Of a stretch of DNA of 64,000 bases, positions 1 through 13,964 are shown one piece after another. Below the pieces are notes generated by a model. It searched no databases. It worked only from the letters and a program-made list of their open reading frames with translations, and was not told the origin of the DNA. Made by a program: the position numbers and the translations under genes. The DNA is from Mustelus asterias (lineage: Eukaryota). The first letter of the stretch is position 1, and every line of letters starts with the position of its first letter. The DNA lies in NCBI RefSeq assembly GCF_964213995.1, contig NW_027590192.1, positions 558,001 through 622,000 on the forward strand, in the 5' to 3' direction.

Positions 1-144
1 TGGTCAGTTCCCCTCTGTCCGGGGCTGGGGGATTCACACTCATTTCCCCAGGACACTCATTATCACTGCAACTTTACAGGAGAAAGTCCCCGCTTCAATC
101 CCCACTGCAAACTTTGTGTTTAAAATTGTTACTGATGATTGTCT

Positions 145-445
145 TTTGATTTATTGTCACATGTATTAGTATACATTGAAAAGTATTGTTTCTTGAGCGC
201 TACACAGACAAAGCATACCGTTCATAGAGAAGGAGAGAGTGCAGAATGTAGTGTTACAGTCATAGCCAGGGTGTAGAGAAAGATCAACTTAATGCAACGT
301 AAGTCCATTCAAAAGTCTGACAGCAGCAGGGAAGAAGCTGTTCTTGAGTCGGTTGGTACGTGTCCTCAGACTTTTGTATCTTTTTCCAAGTGGAAGGAGG
401 CAGAAGAGACAATGTCTGCGGTGCGTGGGATCCTTGTGGTAAATC
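145..445 (-). mobile_element. Rex1/Babar LINE 3' end fragment
   Basis: Matches the 3' UTR and (TTTGA)n tail of the RT-bearing copies at 9938-11018 and 18085-18650. Confidence 0.7.
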
Positions 446-720
446 CTATCAATGGCCAAATGAAAATCCTGATAAATTACATCAACTTCATTGCCATTGC
501 CAACTCTCTCTGTTACCTCCTCAAAACATTCGATAAGATTGTCCAGGGAAATGTTCCCTTTTGAAATCCATACTGATTTCTCGATTTTCGTATGTTCTGT
601 CCTTTACTTGGGATTCTATTTATCGACATGAGGCTGACTAGTCTATCATTCACTGAGCATGTTCTGTCCTCTTTCTGAAATGTCGGAATCAGATTAGCTC
701 TCTGCCAGTCCTCTGGCACT
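445..720 (-). mobile_element. CR1 LINE RT N-terminal fragment, degraded
   Basis: ORF 513..719 PEDWQRANLIPTFQK...RNQYGFQKG resembles the CR1 motifs PEDWRIANV and QHGF. Confidence 0.7.
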
Positions 721-1452
721 ACACATTTAGTGAATTAATTATGAGTAGTACTGTCTGTGCTATCTCTTCCCGACATTCTTTTAAAATGTGAATTTAATCC
801 ATCCCCTTTAAGTTATATTAGTTTATCCAACACATCCTTTCTTGATTTTAAATGAACTTCTCATTACTCATCTGATCACTCAATTTTTTATTTATCTATT
901 CTCTCTCCCAGAGTACAATGAAGCAAAAGAATGTTTGAAGATTTCGGTAATCTGTAGATCATTAGCTGTGGTATTGTGCTGTCTGTCCCTTCATAGTCCA
1001 ATTCACATCACAGATTTCCTCTTTTATTGATGTATAAAATATTTCACCATTCTGTTTAATGTTCCATGATAATTTCATAATGCAGGTGTCACTGTGTAAT
1101 GTGCAAGCCAGTAAGAATTATCAGCAAAGATTACTCAGCAGTTTCTAATTGGAGATGTTAATCAGTGGAACTTCTCAGACATTGAATTGTCAATGTTGCA
1201 CCACAGATCAATTTAGGATTGAAGTAATAGTTCAGAATTTTGTAATTGAGTGCCTATCATGAGTTCTTGGATGAAGGAGAGATCAGAGGGTGCTTTCAAA
1301 ACCCAAAACTGCACTCCTGAGAATCAGTAACATCTCCAGAATATTAAACTCCAGCCAGTTATTCTCTAATCGGCAGAAACAAACCAGATATATTCAGATG
1401 ATCAATCCTTGACAAAATTAACAGCAGCAATAACAGAATTCAACAACTGCTG

Positions 1453-2475
1453 TCACTTGTGAACTTGCTGATGTGTCAACAGGTGCTGTGACTGAGTGAA
1501 GCCCTTTCCACACACACAGCAGGTGAACGGCCTCTCCCCAGTGTGAATTCTCTGGTGTGTCTGCAGGTGAGAGCACTGAGAGAATCCCTTCCCACACTCG
1601 GAGCAGGTGAATGGCCTGTCCCCAGTGTGGGTGCGTCGGTGTGCAGTGAGGGCGGAAGAATGTCTGAACCTCTTTTCACAGGAAGTGCAGCTGAATGGCT
1701 TCTCCTCGGTGTGAATTCGCTGGTGTGACCAAAGGCCACTCGAGTGAGTAAATCTCTTCCCACACACAGAGCAGGTGAATGGTCGCTCCCCAGTATGAGT
1801 GCGTTGGTGTGCAGTGAGGTCGGAAGATTGCCTGAACCTCTTTCCACAGTGCGTGCAGCTGAATGGCCTCTCCTCTGTGTGAATTCGCTGGTGTAACATG
1901 AGGCTGGATGACTGAGTGAATCCCTTACCACACATACAGCAGGTGAATGGTCTCTCCCCAGTGTGAACCCGCTGGTGTGCAGTGAGGTTGGATAACTGTC
2001 CGAAACCCTTTTCACAGTAAGTGCAGCTGAAGGGCTTCTCCTCAGTGTGATTTCGCTGGTGTCTCAGTAAGTTGGTTGACTTAGTAAATCCCTTCCCACA
2101 CACAGAACAGGAGAATGGCTTCTCCCCGGTGTGGCTGCGTTGATGGATTTCCAGCAGGCATGGGAAATTGAATCCATTGCCACAATCCTCACATTTCCAT
2201 GGTCTCTCTCCAGTGTGACTGCGTCGATGGTATTCTAACAGGGATGGATAATTGAATCCTTTCCCACATTCCTCACATTTCCATGGTCTCTCTCCAGTGT
2301 GACTGCATCGGTGAATTTCCAACAGGGATGGATAATTGAATCCCTTCCCACATTCCACACATTTCCACGGTTTTTCCATCGTGCCAGCCCCACCGTGAAC
2401 GCGTCGATGGATTTCCAGCCGGGATGGAAAATTGAATCGTTTCCCACAGTCCCCACATTTCCACTGTTTCTCCAT
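1453..2475 (-). CDS. C2H2 zinc-finger protein A, 12 fingers, no KRAB domain
   Basis: Open ORF with ATG at 2475 (MEKQWKC), 12 CxxC..H..H fingers with TGERP-type linkers, and a putative splice acceptor at 2738-2739. Confidence 0.9.
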   Translation of the reverse strand: MEKQWKCGDCGKRFNFPSRLEIHRRVHGGAGTMEKPWKCVECGKGFNYPSLLEIHRCSHTGERPWKCEECGKGFNYPSLLEYHRRSHTGERPWKCEDCGNGFNFPCLLEIHQRSHTGEKPFSCSVCGKGFTKSTNLLRHQRNHTEEKPFSCTYCEKGFGQLSNLTAHQRVHTGERPFTCCMCGKGFTQSSSLMLHQRIHTEERPFSCTHCGKRFRQSSDLTAHQRTHTGERPFTCSVCGKRFTHSSGLWSHQRIHTEEKPFSCTSCEKRFRHSSALTAHRRTHTGDRPFTCSECGKGFSQCSHLQTHQRIHTGERPFTCCVCGKGFTQSQHLLTHQQVHK

Positions 2476-2894
2476 GGTGTCAGTGTCCCTGTCTCTCTCC
2501 AGGTTGGATGACACACACACGTCCACACACAGAACACATGTATAGTTTCTTCCTGCTATGAACGGTGTTATATTTTTTCAGGCTGTATAACCAGAGAAAC
2601 CACTTTCCACATTCAGTTCACTGGACACTTTTGCTTGGGTATGCGTGCTTCCAGATCCTTTTATAAAAGAATAGAAAGAGACAAAGGTCACAGCACAGAA
2701 GGAGGCGGTCACATTGAAATTAGAAATCCCTTGTTTTCTGAGACAAAGGTATTTTACAAAAGTCATCGCCGTCAGTACAGGACAGAAATTCAGAAAGGAC
2801 AATTCTAGTTTCGATGGAACATTTCTTCCTTACTCATTGCACCAAAGCTGTAAATCCCCATCCTTCACATTTTTGCTCCTTCCTGGCCTGAAAT

Positions 2895-3220
2895 CATAGT
2901 CACAGAGTTTTACAGCACAAAAAGAGGCCCATTGTGTCAGTGCCGGCCATCAAACATATCTATTCTAATCCCATTTCTTGTACTTGGTCCAGAGCCTTCT
3001 ATGCTATTGCATTTCAAACACTCATCTAAATGGTTCTTAAATGTTGAGAGTTCTCACCTTTACCACCCTTTGAGGTCGTGAGTTCCAGATTCCCACCACC
3101 CTCTGGGTGAAAAAGTATTTTCTCAAATCCCCTCTAAATCTCCTGCCCCTTAACTCAAATCTATGGCAGCTGGTTTTTGACCCCTCTAAGGGGAAAAGTA
3201 ACTTCCTGTCTATCCTAAAC
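2895..3220 (-). mobile_element. CR1 LINE 3' end
   Basis: FFTQRVVGIWN motif followed by the CR1 3' UTR. Confidence 0.85.
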
Positions 3221-3221
3221 A

Positions 3222-3680
3222 AAAAGAGAACATGCTGGAAAATCTCAGCGGGTCTGGCAGCATCTGTAAGGACAGAAAAGAGCTGACATTGAGTCCAGAT
3301 GACCCTTTGTCAAAGCTAAAAGGCACAATGTGGAGATGACGGCGTTAGACTGGGGTGGGCACAGTAAGATGTCTCACAACACCAGGTTAAAGTCCAATAG
3401 GTTTATTTGGTAGCATGAGTTTTCGGAGCACTGCCCCTTCATCATGTGAGTGGACTCAAATAAAATCCAAATAAACCTATTGGACTTTAACCTGGTGTTG
3501 AGATACTTCCTACAATGCCTAAAAGGCATAGAAAGTGTGAGATATTTATACTGTAGGGTGAGAGAATGAAAGATGAGTCACAGCCACAAAATGACAGTCC
3601 ATAGAGAGAATAAGAGGTATAAATGGCCAAATGGCAAAGAAGCTGAAATCAGAGAGTAAGCTGTGACAGATGAAGATGCT
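3222..3680. mobile_element. Penelope-like pseudo-LTR remnants, with a ~50 bp inverted repeat (3363-3410 / 3468-3513)
   Basis: Inverted copies of tctcacaacaccaggttaaagtccaataggtttatttgg; decayed hammerhead motifs at 3280-3317 and 3414-3450. Confidence 0.55.
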
Positions 3681-4600
3681 TTTATCCCAAGTTTGCAGAT
3701 GACACCAAGATTGGTGGTATAGTGGACAGTGAAGAAGGTTATCTAGGATTGCAACAGGATCTTGATCAATTGGGTCAGTGGGCTGACGAATCGCAGATGG
3801 AGTTTAAATTAGATAAATGTGAGGTGATGCATTTCGGTAGATCGAACCAGGGCAGGACTTACTCAGTTAATGGTAGGGTGTTGGGGAGAGTTACAGAACA
3901 AAGAGATCGAGGGGTACATGTTCATAGCTCCTTGAAAGTGGAGTCACAGGTAGACAGAGTGGTGAAGACGGCATTTGGCATGCTTGCTTTCATTGGTCAG
4001 AACATTGAATACAGGAGTTGGGACGTCTTGTTGAAGTTGTACACAATACATTGGTAAGGCCACACTTGGAATACTGTGGACAGTTCTGGTCACCCTACCA
4101 TAGAAAGGATATTATTAAACTAGAAAGAGTGCAGAACAGATTTACTAGGATGCTCCCAGGACTTGGTGGTTTGAGTTATAAGAAGAGGCTGGATAGACTG
4201 GGACATTTTTCTCTGGAGCGTAGGAGGCTTAGGGGTGACCTTATAGGGGTCTATAAAATAATGAGGCACAGATCAGCTAGATAGCCAATATATCTTACCA
4301 AAGGTAAGGATGTATAAAATTAGAGAGCACAGGTTTAAGGTGAGAGATACAAAAGGGTCCAGAGCGGCAATTTTTTTCACAGAGGGTGGAGAGTGTCCGG
4401 AACGAGCTGCTAGATGCAGTAGTAGAGGCAGGTACATTCTTGTCTTTTAAAAAGTGTTTAGACAGTCACATGGGCGAGATGGGTAGAGGGGTATGGGCCA
4501 AATGCAGGCAATTGGGACTAGCTTAGGGGTTAAAAAAGGGGCAGCATGGGCAAGTTGGGCTGGAGGACCTGTTTCCATGCTGCAAACCTCTATGACTCTA
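3680..4600 (+). mobile_element. CR1 LINE 3' half, frameshifted
   Basis: KFADDTK, KCEVMHFG and LVRPHLEYC motifs plus the 3' tail. Confidence 0.9.
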
Positions 4601-5015
4601 TCCTAACTATATCCCTCATAATTTTAAAGACTTCAATCTTGTCCCTATCAGCCTTCACTGTTCTAAGAACAACAATCCCAGCGTAGCCAGCTTCTCTCCA
4701 TAGTTGAAATGCTCCAACACAGGCAACATCCTGGTGAATCTCCTCTGCATCCTCTCTCGTGCAATCACATCCTTCCTGTAGTGTGGTGACCAGAACTGCA
4801 CACAGCACACTAGCTGTGGCCAACCGAGCATTTTATACAGTTCCATCAGAACCTCCCTGGTCTTCTGTTCTATGCCTTGGCTGATAAAGGTAACTATCTC
4901 ATATGCCTTGTAACCACCTTACCAACCTGTCCTGCTTCCTGATAGGATCTTTGCACATGCACCCTTAGGTCTCTCTGCTCTACTTCCTAGCATCCTCCCA
5001 TTCATTGAGTATTCA
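4598..5015 (-). mobile_element. CR1 LINE fragment
   Basis: CVQFWSPHYRKD...RRFTRMLP. Confidence 0.85.
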
Positions 5016-5119
5016 CACCCACTGCAGCATCTCCACCCTCCACTTCCAACTTCCTCCTTCGCTCCTGTGAACGGATTGAGAATAAAATTCTTGAATCAAA
5101 CATTTTCTCTCCTGGTCAC

Positions 5120-5480
5120 GGGGACCCTGAGAACCCGCCCGCCCTTTGTGACGTCACAGATAGCCGCGCCTGCGCCCTGCTGCCCGCTGGAACAAGATGG
5201 CGGTCGTAACCCCGGGCCTGTTGCCGGGAAAAGCCTCGGTGCTCCAAACGCGAGAGCTGCAGGATTTTATTGGGGATTCGCCTACATGGCCTACACCGGG
5301 TGTTAATGAACTCTGTCCTCACCCTCCGCCTCCTACCGGCCGCCGTTTCTTCTCGCGCCGCCGCCTCTTACCGTCCGCCGTTCGACAAACCAGCTTCTCG
5401 TCCACTGTCCAGCCTGCGCATGTTCAGTACAACGAGGAACTGCGCATGCGTTCAGGTCTCCTGCTCTGATCGGGGACATT
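5120..5480 (-). promoter_or_regulatory. CpG-island promoter of ZNF-A (CRE, YY1 and NRF1 motifs)
   Basis: CpG-rich; TGTGACGTCACA near 5146-5157, CAAGATGGCGG near 5193-5203, TGCGCATG near 5415 and TGCGCATGCG near 5441. Confidence 0.6.
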
Positions 5481-5559
5481 CTCTCCCGCGGGGCAGGTTG
5501 GGTAACATCCCCGCCATTGATCCAGTGAGTTTAGAATTATTTATCCGCTGTTGCTGAGA

Positions 5560-5685
5560 CTCAGTAAGAAGTCTCACAACCAGGTTAAAGTCCAACAGGT
5601 TTATTTGGAATCACGAGCATTCGGAGCACCGCCCCTTCATCAGGTGAGTCTCCACATCTACAAGCATCTTCACATCATTGTCAAG
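5560..5685 (-). mobile_element. Penelope-like pLTR fragment with hammerhead motif (5611-5650)
   Basis: Reverse complement reads CAC-CTGATGA-AGGGGCGGTGCTCC-GAAT-GCTC-GTG. Confidence 0.6.
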
Positions 5686-5899
5686 ACTGCGCTCGTCCCC
5701 TCAGCCTCCTGCAGCCACACCGCACATGCTCCGCTCAGGGAGGTGGGCACTGGGTGCAGAGCTTAACAGGCACGTGCGTGTTGCCCTTCTGAAGGAGATT
5801 GGCCTGATTAACCTGGCATTTATTTCATCAATGGAATGAAATATCGAGTGTCACAGTCATTGAAAAATAAAATGTTAGAAAGCAGTGAACATTATAAAT

Positions 5900-6610
5900 A
5901 AACATAAAAACTAGGAGCAGGAGTAGGCCATCTGGCCCCTCGAGCCTCCTCTGCCATTCAAAAAGATCATGGCTGATCTTTTTGTGGCCTCAGCTCCACT
6001 TACCCGCCCGTTCACCATAACCCTTAATTCCTTTACTGTTCAAAAGTTTATCGATCCTTGTCTTAAGAACATTCAATGAGGTAGCCTCAACTGCTTCATT
6101 GGGCAGGGAATTCCACAGATTCATAACCCTTTGTGTTAAGAAGTTCCTCCTCAACTCAGTCCTAAATCCGCTTCCCCTTATTTTGAGCCTGTGCCTCCTA
6201 GTTCTAGTTTCACCCACCAGTGGAAACAACTTCCCAGCTTCTATCTTATTTATTCCCTTCATAATCTTATATGTTTCTATAAGATCTCCCCTCATTCTTC
6301 TGAATTCCAATGAGTATAGCCCCAGTCTACTCAGTCTCTCCTCATCAGCCAACCCTCTCAACTCCGGAATCAACCTAGTGAATCTCCTCTGCACCCCCTC
6401 CAATGCCAGTTTATCCTTTCTCAAGTAAGGAGACCAAAACTGTACACAGTACTCCAGGTGTGGCCTCACCAGCACCTTATACAGCTACAACATAATCTCA
6501 CTGTTTTTAAACTCCATCCCTCAAGCAATGAAGGACAAAATTCCATTTGCCTTCTTAATTACCTGCTGCATCTGCAAACCAACTCCTTGAGATTCCTGCA
6601 CAAGGACACA
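5900..6610 (-). mobile_element. CR1 LINE 3' end
   Basis: ORF 5990..6475 is a CR1 ORF2 C-terminus. Confidence 0.9.
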
Positions 6611-6854
6611 CTTGTGCTAGCTACTCTTACTCATTAGCTATCCGGTGCAAAATTAATATCTTAAAAGTAATAATTCATTTCATCATTTATTAATTGTCTA
6701 CTTTTAAAAAAATTAATCATGCTAATCTGATTTAATTTCCCAACTCTGATTCATGGCCTCATTTTGTTCCTGTCTCCAAGCCCCTTAACTTTATCTGACA
6801 GTGTAATGTTGTCCTGGAAGCCAACAGGAAGAGGTCTCAGAGGATCAAGGGATT

Positions 6855-7515
6855 TGATTTGATTTATTCTTGTCACAGGTACTGGGATGTAGTGAAATGT
6901 ATTGTTTCTTGTGCGCTATACAATCAAAATATACTATTCATAGAGTACATAGGGGAGAAGGAAAGGAGAGGGTGCAGAATATAGTGTTGCAGTCACACAC
7001 AGGCTGTAGAGAAAGATCAGCTTAATATATTGTAGGTCCATTCGAAAGTCTGTTGGCAGCAGGGAAGAAGCTGTTCTTGTTGATTGCTATATATTAGCAG
7101 ACCTTTGCATCTTTTTTCTAATGGAAGAAGGTGGAAGAGAGTATTTCCAGGGTGTTTTGCATCCTTGATTATGCTGGCTACTTTCCTGAGTCAACGGCAA
7201 AATTATGAGAGACATAGACAGGATGGATAGTCTGAGGCTTTTTCTGAGGGTGGCACGGGCTCAAGGTGAGAGGGGGAACGTTTTCAATGCAGAGAGTGGT
7301 GGATGCTTGGAATGTGCTGCCAGAGGTGGTGGTGGAAGCAGGCACATTAGCAACATTTAAGTGGCATCTGGATGGTACATGAATAGGAAGGGAATGAAGG
7401 ATACCGACTGAGTATGGGCAGAATTTTATTTTTTAGTTTAGTTAGGGCATCATCATTGGTACAGGCTTGGAGGGCCAAAGGGCCTGTTCCTGAGCTGTAC
7501 TTTTCTTGTTCTTTG
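6855..7515. mobile_element. Rex1 3' end (minus) with nested CR1 3' end (plus, ~7200-7515)
   Basis: (TTTGA)n tail at 6855; CR1 tail gggcctgttcctgagctgtac. Confidence 0.7.
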
Positions 7516-7818
7516 AAGTTTAGATGGAGTGAATGGATGGGAGGCTGATTTGCATCATGGACTGGATTACATTCCCAACTCTTTGTAGTTTCTTGCGATC
7601 TTAGTCAGAGCAGAAGAAGCAGGGAGTTCTGTAATAAGTCAACCTGTGTTGACCAGTCAAGTGTGTAATTGCGAAATGAAAACAGGAAATGTTGGAAAAA
7701 CTCAGCAAGTTTGGCAGTAACTGTGGACAAAGAAACAGAGTTAGGGACACAAAACAGTCTGACTCTCCTTCAGATTCTTCTTCTAAGTCATTGAGAAACC
7801 CTGGTTACCAAGTTATCT

Positions 7819-7988
7819 TTTAAACTTAAACATAGCATTTCACTTTCAGTCAGGAACAGATCCCAGTTTTACACCAATCTCTGATTTGACAGCACATTTA
7901 CAGCATCCATCATTGTTCTTCCTGACTCTAAACCTAGTTGTAAAGGAGTTTCTGTTCTGTGTCGAGGAGCCCTGAACCATGGAAGAGA
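7819..7988 (+). repeat. Direct repeat copy 1 (~170 bp), paired with 9045-9212
   Basis: Near-identical to 9045-9212 by direct comparison. Confidence 0.9.
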
Positions 7989-8345
7989 GCAGCTGGGACA
8001 CATTTCTTACCCACCTCAGGATTCACCTACACGGGGATTTTGCTGTCAGTGAAGAGCGATGTGAAAAAGCCAAGTGCTATTTGTCCCTCTCAGTGTGACC
8101 CTGAAGGATTGTGTCCAGGCTGAAGTTCTGTTCCTACTGTGTGATCCTTCTGCAGATTATCCTTTCTGAGTTCCAGCCTGGTGATGTTAAACATGGAGGT
8201 GGGAAAGACAAAAATCTACAATGTGTTTAAAACAAGTTTAAAATTTATCCTGAACATTAAACACCACCCAAGTTACAGGGCTTTGAACATCAGCAAAACA
8301 AACTCCAATTATCCAAACCAACATGCTTCTGTCTGGATGTGATTA

Positions 8346-8959
<614 letters not shown>

Positions 8960-9044
8960 GGTGCCAGTGGCCTTGTGTCGTTCCAGGTTGGATGATCAGT
9001 TAAAGTCTTGTCCACACACAAAACACTTGTAAAGTTTCTTTCTG

Positions 9045-9212
9045 TTTAAACTTAAACAGCATTTCACTTTCAGTCAGGAACAGATCCCAGTTTTACACCA
9101 ATCTCTGATTTCACAGCACATTTACAGCATCCACCATTGTTCTTCCTGACTCTAAACCCAGTTGTAAAGGAGTTTCTGTTCCGTGTCGAGGAGCCCTGAA
9201 CAATGGAAGAGA
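9045..9212 (+). repeat. Direct repeat copy 2
   Basis: Near-identical to 7819-7988. Confidence 0.9.
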
Positions 9213-9937
9213 CCCCCCCTGTCCCCCTGCCAGAGAGCGATCAGGCCCCCCCTCTCCCCCACCAGAGATACATGTTACCCGCCTCCCTCCCCACCCCCCA
9301 GAGAATGATCTGGCCTCACTCCCCCCCCCTCCCCCCCCCCCCCGCCACCAGAGGACGATGCCCACCCCCCACACCCCCCAGAGATACATCTTACCCACCT
9401 CCCTCCTCCCCTCCAAGAGAATGATCTGCCCCCCACCCACCTCCCCCCCCCCCCCCCGGGCCAGGGAATGATTTGGCCTAATCCTCCCTCACCCCCCAAG
9501 AGAATGATCTGGCTTTACTCCCCCCTCCCCCGAGGTACATCTGACCCGCCTCCTCCTCCCTGCCCCCACCCCCCCCCCCCCCCGCTCCGGTCGATCTGGG
9601 TTAGTGAGCCGTTGGAAGCTCTGAACGCGCCTCTTCAGCAGCTGGAGTGCTCGAATCAGACTTTTATTCAGCAGGTCCATTTCGGTGCGATTCCGGATCG
9701 GCTAACGTGGTGGTAAAGGGAGAAATGCTGGTAAAGTTGGGCAGGCAATTCATTAATTCAATTTAAATGCATGCAAATGCATTTAAATCACCGTTGCGCC
9801 CGTTTCGGGCGTGAATCAGATCATGGCCATTCCCGGGTCTCAGTAAAGTGGCCATCTGCGCGGGCGCGGAGCGTGTTAATGGTCTCACACCTAACTTTAC
9901 TATGTTTTCGTGCCTGCAATGGTAAAATCGGGCCCTA
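9213..9937. mobile_element. Probable non-autonomous DNA transposon remnant with C-rich internal repeats
   Basis: Repeated cccc..agagaatgatctgg units; ends in ggtaaaatcgggccc|ta, which looks like a TIR; the other end is not seen. Confidence 0.4.
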
Positions 9938-11018
9938 TAGCTCAGCCTTCAACACCATATTCAATGAAACTCATCTCCAAACTCCATGGCCTGGGTCTCG
10001 GCTCCTCCCTCTGTGACTGGATCCTGAACTTCCTAACTCACAGACCACAATCACTAAAGATAGGCAACAACACCTCCTCCACAATCACCCTCAACACCTC
10101 CTCCACAATCACCCTCAACACCTCCTCCACGATCATCCTCAACACCGGTGCCCCACAAGGCTGTGTCCTCAGCCCCCTTCTATACTCCTTATACACCTAT
10201 GACTGTGTGGCCAAATTCCCCTCCAACTCGATTTTCAAGTTTGCTGATGACACCACTGTGGTGGGTCGCATCTCAAACAATGACGAGACAGAGAATCTGG
10301 TGAGCTGGTGCAGCAACAACAATCTCTCCCTCAATGTCAACAAAATAATCATCGACTTCAGGAAGCGTAGAGGAGAACATGCCCCTGTCTACATCAATGG
10401 GGACAAAGTAGAAATGGTCAGAAGCTTCAAGTTGTTAGGTGTCCAGATCACCAACAACCTATCTTGGTACCCCCATGCCAACACTATAGTCAAGAAAGCC
10501 CACCAACGCCTCTACTTTCCTAAAGACTGAGGAAATTTGGCATATCATGTACCACTCTCACCAACTTTGACAGATGCACCATAGAAAGCATTCTTTCTGG
10601 TTGTATCACAGCTTGGTATGGCTTCTGCTCTGCCCAAGACAGCAAGAAACTACAAAAGGTCGAGAAGCCCAGCCCATCACGCAAATCAGCCCACTGCCTC
10701 AGCAAAGCAGCCAGCATAATTAAGGGCCCGACGCACCCCGGACATTTTCTCTTCCACCTTCTTCCAACGGGATAAAGATACAAAAGTCTGAGGTCAGTAA
10801 CCGACCCAAGAATAGCTTCTTGCCTGCTGCCGTCAGACTTTTGAATGGACTAACCTCTCACTAAGTTCATCTTTCTCTACACCCTAGCTTTGACTGTAAC
10901 ACTACATTTTGCACTGTCTCCTTTCCTTCTCTGTGAATGGTATGCTTTGTCTGGACAGCATGCAAGAAAAAATACTTTTCACTTTATACTAATACGTGAC
11001 AATAAATCAAATCAAATC
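9938..11018 (+). mobile_element. Rex1/Babar LINE RT fragment to 3' tail
   Basis: [17 protein letters not shown] and [10 protein letters not shown] motifs, (ATCAA)n tail, internal 24-bp triplication near 10068-10145. Confidence 0.85.
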
Positions 11019-11449
11019 TGTTTTGGATTCTCCTGCAAATGGAAACATTTGTGCCACATCTACAAGGTCCCACATGGTACACTGGGCAACAAATAAAGAT
11101 CCAAGAGCAAGCTACGTTTTGGATACAAAATTGTCTCAGTTGCACAAGGCAATGAGTGACAGTTGATGTGTGTTTTTTTGTGACTGGAAGATGCTGATGC
11201 AGTGGTCATGTAATTGGACGAGTAATCCAGAGGCCCAAGCTAATGGACTGGGGACATGCATTCAAATCCCAACGTGGCAGCTGGTGGAAATTGAATTAAT
11301 AAATCTGGAATTGAAAACGAATCCCTGGGTGAACATGAAATCATTGGCAATTGTTGTAAAAACCCATCCTGTTCACCAGTGCCCTTAACTGATCTGGTCT
11401 CCATGTGAATCCAGACCCACAGCATTGTGGTTGCCTTCCAGAACTTCCA

Positions 11450-11690
11450 GGGTTTCCTCCGGGTGCTCCAGTTTCCTCCCACAGTCCAAAGATGCGCAGG
11501 TTAGGTTGATTGGCCATGCTAAAATTGTTCCTTAGTGTCCTAAGATGCGTAGGTTAGAAGGATTAGCGAGTAAATATATAGGGATATGGGGTTAGGGCCT
11601 GGGTGGGATTGTGGTCAGCGCAGACCCGATGGGCCAAATGGCCTCTTTCTGCACTGTAGGGTTTCTCTGATTCTTCTATGATTCTATGAA
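11450..11690 (+). mobile_element. HE1-type SINE, 5'-truncated
   Basis: gggtgctccagtttcctcccacagtccaaaga core with a CR1-like tail. Confidence 0.8.
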
Positions 11691-12769
11691 CTGCGCTCTG
11701 AAAAAGCACAGCAAGCCACTCAGCTTGAGAGCAACTAGGATTGAGCAACAATGCTGGTCTTGCCAGTGACACCCACATCCAGTAAAGAATCAAAAGGCTG
11801 TGTCCAGAGGGGGTTTCATAGGGCTCAATACTGGGTCCTTCATTCTTGGTTTATATCATTGATTTGAAATTAAATGTAGGGACATGACTAAGAAGTTTGC
11901 CGATGATCCTAAAAATGGTTGTGCACTTGATAGTGAGGCAGAAAGCTGGAGGGAAAACAAGAAAAATGATTACTGATAAATGGCAGAACTATGAGAATTG
12001 TAGAAGAACAGAGGGATGTTGGAGTGCAGAAGGTCACGGGTATAGCTTGAGAGGCAGTAGATTTAAATCTGAGATGAGGAGGAACTACTTCTCGAAGATG
12101 GTGGTTAATTTGTGAAACTCGCTGCCCTATAGTACAATGCACTCTGAATTGTTCAATGGTTTCAATGAGATAGATATATTTCTAATTTTAAAAAATGGAT
12201 AAGGGAATATGGGGAACATGTGGGGAGGTGGATTTGAGACCAGGGAGAGATCAGCCATGATTTGATTGAATGGCAGAGCAGGCTCAAACGGCTGAATTTG
12301 CCTACTGCTGCTCATATGTTCCCACAGCCACAGATCCATGAATGTAGCCAAAGAACAATGCAGCACAGGAAAGGGCCCTTTGGCACACCAAGTCTGCGTC
12401 GATACGCGGTTTCTATCACTCTGTTCGCCTCCAGGTCATGCATCTGTCAAGGAGATAATTTCATTCATGACTTGTGAAAAACATCAACCTGAGTCACCCT
12501 GGCTGATCAGACAGAATCACAGACGTTAACCTTGTGTCTGAGTGTGTGGAGATTTTCCCAGAGGATCCTCAGTCACCATCGAGACTAACTTTAAATTGCA
12601 GATCGTATTAATTGAATGGATTTGAAGCCCTGTCCCCAGGACATTGTGTTGACTCTCTGAATTACTCATGCAGTGACATTGCCAGGAGGTCAGTGTGTCT
12701 CCCCTGCTCTCTTTGTTGGCGGGGAGAAGCCAGAAGCGGCGGATAGGGAGAGTGGAGAATGTTCATTGT

Positions 12770-13000
12770 GAACCCCGCCCTCCGGCACTGACCTCTCACC
12801 CGACACCTCACAATGCCCGAGTGATTGATGGCAGCTCCGGGCCAATAGGAGGAGGGGGCGGGGCTGGAGGACCAAGCGGAACGGACTGCTCCTCCAACCA
12901 ATCGGAGTGAATGAAGAGGCGGGGCTGGACTGAGTGAAGCATGCGCAGTGTGATTAATGGCGATGGAGAAATTCTTGTTCGGGTCCAAAATCAGAAAAAG
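12770..13000 (+). promoter_or_regulatory. ZNF promoter cassette and exon 1 of ZNF-C (donor at 13001)
   Basis: CCAAT at 12842 and 12898, GGGGCGGGG boxes, AGCATGCGCA at 12938-12947, aATGGCG at 12957, AG|GTGAGA donor. Confidence 0.7.
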
Positions 13001-13304
13001 GTGAGAATTTGCTTGTCGGAGGGAGCGGGGGATCAGAGAGGCTTTGTAATCACGATCAGCTTCTGCAAAAAAAACCTACCGATATCCGGGGCTGATCCCA
13101 GCCCTTTGCACAGAGCAGTTTTCTTCCAGTTAGGATCCGGATTAACCGCCACCATTTTTATCTGGGCACACCCAATGGGGAGCATGCGCGGCCGCCATCT
13201 TTATTCGGGGCACTCGCAGCAGGGCGCATGCGTAGCTGCCATGTTTGTTGGGGGCAATGTTTTGACATCTTCCCAGAGACAGAATGTGAACAACTTGTCC
13301 ATCA

Positions 13305-13820
13305 CGCATCAAAAGGATATTAATAAGGTTGAAAGAGTGCAGAGAAGGTTTACAAGGATGTTGCCGGGACTTGAGAAACTGAGTTACAGAGAAAGGTTGA
13401 ATCGGTTGGGACTTTATCCCCTGGAGCGTAGAAGAATAAGGGGAGATTTGATAGAGGTGTATAAAATTATGATGGGTATAGATGGAATGAATGCAAGCAG
13501 GCTTTTTCCACTGAGGCTAGGGGAGAAAATAACGAGAGGACATGGGTTAAGGGTGAAGGGGGAAAAGTTTAAAGGGAATATTGGGGGGGGGCTTCTTCAC
13601 GCAGAGAGTGGTGGGAGTGTGGAATGAGCTGCCAGATGAAGTGGTGAATGCGGGCTCACTTTTAACATTTAAGAAAAACTTGGACAGGTACATGGATGAG
13701 AGGGGTGTGGAGAGATATGGTCCAGGTGCAGGTCAGTGGGACTAGGCAGAAAAATGGTTCGGCGCAGACAAGAAGGGCCAAAAGGCCTGTTTCTGTGCTG
13801 TAAGGTTCTATGGTTCTAAA
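13305..13820 (+). mobile_element. CR1 LINE 3' end
   Basis: ERVQRRFTRMLPG...RGDLIEVYKI. Confidence 0.9.
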
Positions 13821-13964
13821 CCGTGTCACTCTTTCACTTCCAATTTCTTACTGATGAGGCAGAACAACAATATCAGGGCAGTGAAGATCATTTGTATTCT
13901 TATGTGTCTTTAACAAAATAAAATAGCCTCAGAAATTTCACAAAATTGTTACAGTTCTTTGAAA

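Noticed and set aside
12941-13627. 228-aa ORF appearing to fuse a novel N-terminus to an RT C-terminus
   Set aside because: Chance read-through from promoter/intron sequence into a CR1 fragment; a splice donor at 13001 interrupts it.
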